Of a stretch of DNA of 35,135 nt, positions 33,760 to 35,135 are shown in pieces (position 1 is the first letter of the stretch; each line of letters begins with the position of its first letter). The DNA comes from Octopus bimaculoides (lineage: Eukaryota): assembly GCF_001194135.2 (NCBI RefSeq), contig NC_068981.1:162421266-162456400 (forward strand), written 5' to 3'. The notes under the pieces were generated by a model, which saw only the letters and a list, made by a program, of their open reading frames with translations, had not been told where the DNA came from and made no database searches. A program made the translations under genes and the position numbers.

Positions 33760-34529
33760 ATACATATTCTTTATTACATGGGAAAATAAAAGTAAATCTT
33801 CATATTTTAACGTAAGCACCAGTGGTGTCAACCAATTTCCTCAAACAGCCAGGGATGGAATGAACAGCCTTCTGAAGGACATCATCTGGGACATCATTGA
33901 GAACCTCCTGAATCTGTGTCTCCAAGTCCTTTAGTGTGCAAGGCTTTGTCTTGTACACCTCTCCTTTTGTGTAACCTCGCAGAGTGGGATCTGGACTACT
34001 TGGAGTTCTGAACTTCTGGACTTCTGCAGTCACAGTCTTCAGGTTTTAGCTCCTGCATGTAATGGGTTTTTACATGGATGAAAATTCAATTCTTGATACA
34101 ACATTGTATGTATTGTGAGTCTTGTTAGTTCACTTTCACGAGCTGCTTGACATGTTGATTTTTGCCGGCTGCAATTAAACATTTCCTGCACTGCTGCCAC
34201 GTTCTCCGCTGATTGAGATGTGGTTGGATGGCCACTTCTAGCATTCTTCACAGAGCCCATGGTCATCAGCTTTGCATGACAACTTTTTATTGTCTCCAGA
34301 CATAGTGTTGCATGCTTACCTTTCCATGCACGCCACACTTCATAGTGTGCTGCTATCTTAGCTCACTCCTGAACAGTCAAGCAACCAGCCATCTGGAAAA
34401 TAGGAAATAAGAAAATAAGAAATCCCCATTAGTGTTGTCTGTTTAAAAAATGTTTTCATCATGACTTCGGTGATACTAAAAATTCCATAAGCAATTTCTA
34501 ATGCCCAGTAACTTTCCACCCACCCTGTA
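33760..34529 (-). mobile_element. Tc1/mariner relic of maT/rosa type (DD37D/DD41D-like), catalytic core deleted
   Basis: TACAGGGTG terminus at 34529. GSVKNARSGHPTTSQSAENVAAVQEMF...KSTCQAARE is joined almost directly to SPDPT...GYTKGEVYKTKPCTLKDL...GAYVKI*. Confidence 0.85.
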
Positions 34530-34825
34530 TATATATACATATATATATATATATATAACCCTTGATTCAATAACACTGTGTATAAACTCTATATTTGGAA
34601 TGACCAATTTCAAAAACTGTTGGATCTTACTCATAGGGAATTGGAATCTTAATAATGGATTTACAAATGCAATGACTAATCTTAAAGATTATTGGATTTT
34701 ACTCACAAAGTATTGGAATCTTATAAGTATACCATTCTGATTAAACAATGGATTTACAAATACAATATCCCTACATTCACTCTCTATTTCCTACCTTATG
34801 TAAACTAACTATTGCTTAACCATCC

Positions 34826-34858
34826 TCTCCGATGAATATCCTGGAAACAGCTGTAAGA
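34826..34858 (+). ncRNA. Degenerate minimal hammerhead-like motif
   Basis: tct-CCGATGA-atatcctg-GAAAC-AGCT-GTA-aga: palindromic ACAGCTGT, GTA triplet, 3 bp stem I. U4 is replaced by C and stem II is broken. Confidence 0.45.
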
Positions 34859-34920
34859 CCTTCTATTTATAAATGTTCTATATTATACACATCCTTGGTT
34901 CTTTATCTCATTACAAAATC

Positions 34921-34949
<29 letters not shown>

Positions 34950-34951
<2 letters not shown>

Positions 34952-35135
34952 CATCATCATCATCATCATCGTTTAACGTCCGCTTTCCATGCTAGCATGG
35001 GTTGGACGATTTGACTGAGGACTGGTGAAACCGGATGGCAACACCAGGCTCCAGTCTAATTTGGCAGAGTTTCTACAGCTGGATGCCCTTCCTAACGCCA
35101 ACCACTCAGAGAGTGTAGTGGGTGCTTTTACGTGT
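34950..35135 (-). mobile_element. RTE-LINE 3' end or RTE-tailed SINE, cut by the window edge
   Basis: (CAT)n cgtttaacgtccgctttccatgctagcatgggttggacgatttgactgagg. Confidence 0.85.

Overview
AT-rich, repeat-saturated eukaryotic DNA. The SINE and LINE families and the (TA)n/(CA)n/(TACA)n tracts resemble those of Octopus (coleoid cephalopod); this is inferred from recalled repeat consensus, not from a search. I found no intact protein-coding gene and cannot support a host exon. The window holds five decayed Tc1/mariner transposons, RTE and R4/Dong-type LINE fragments, and many tRNA-derived SINEs. It also holds at least five Penelope-like element (PLE) remnants, three of them head-to-tail on the minus strand at 15.7-19.0 kb and missed by the ORF track, plus several hairpin MITEs. 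The most notable signals are RNA-structural. There are four type I hammerhead-ribozyme-like motifs, one with an intact core and an adjacent antisense arm (28933-29100). A repeated non-autonomous family also carries a circularly permuted (type II order) hammerhead-like motif with covarying stem I. Seven N-gaps are present, and the 23.07-23.67 kb duplications look like assembly redundancy. All translations and base pairings were done by eye; element boundaries are approximate unless stated.
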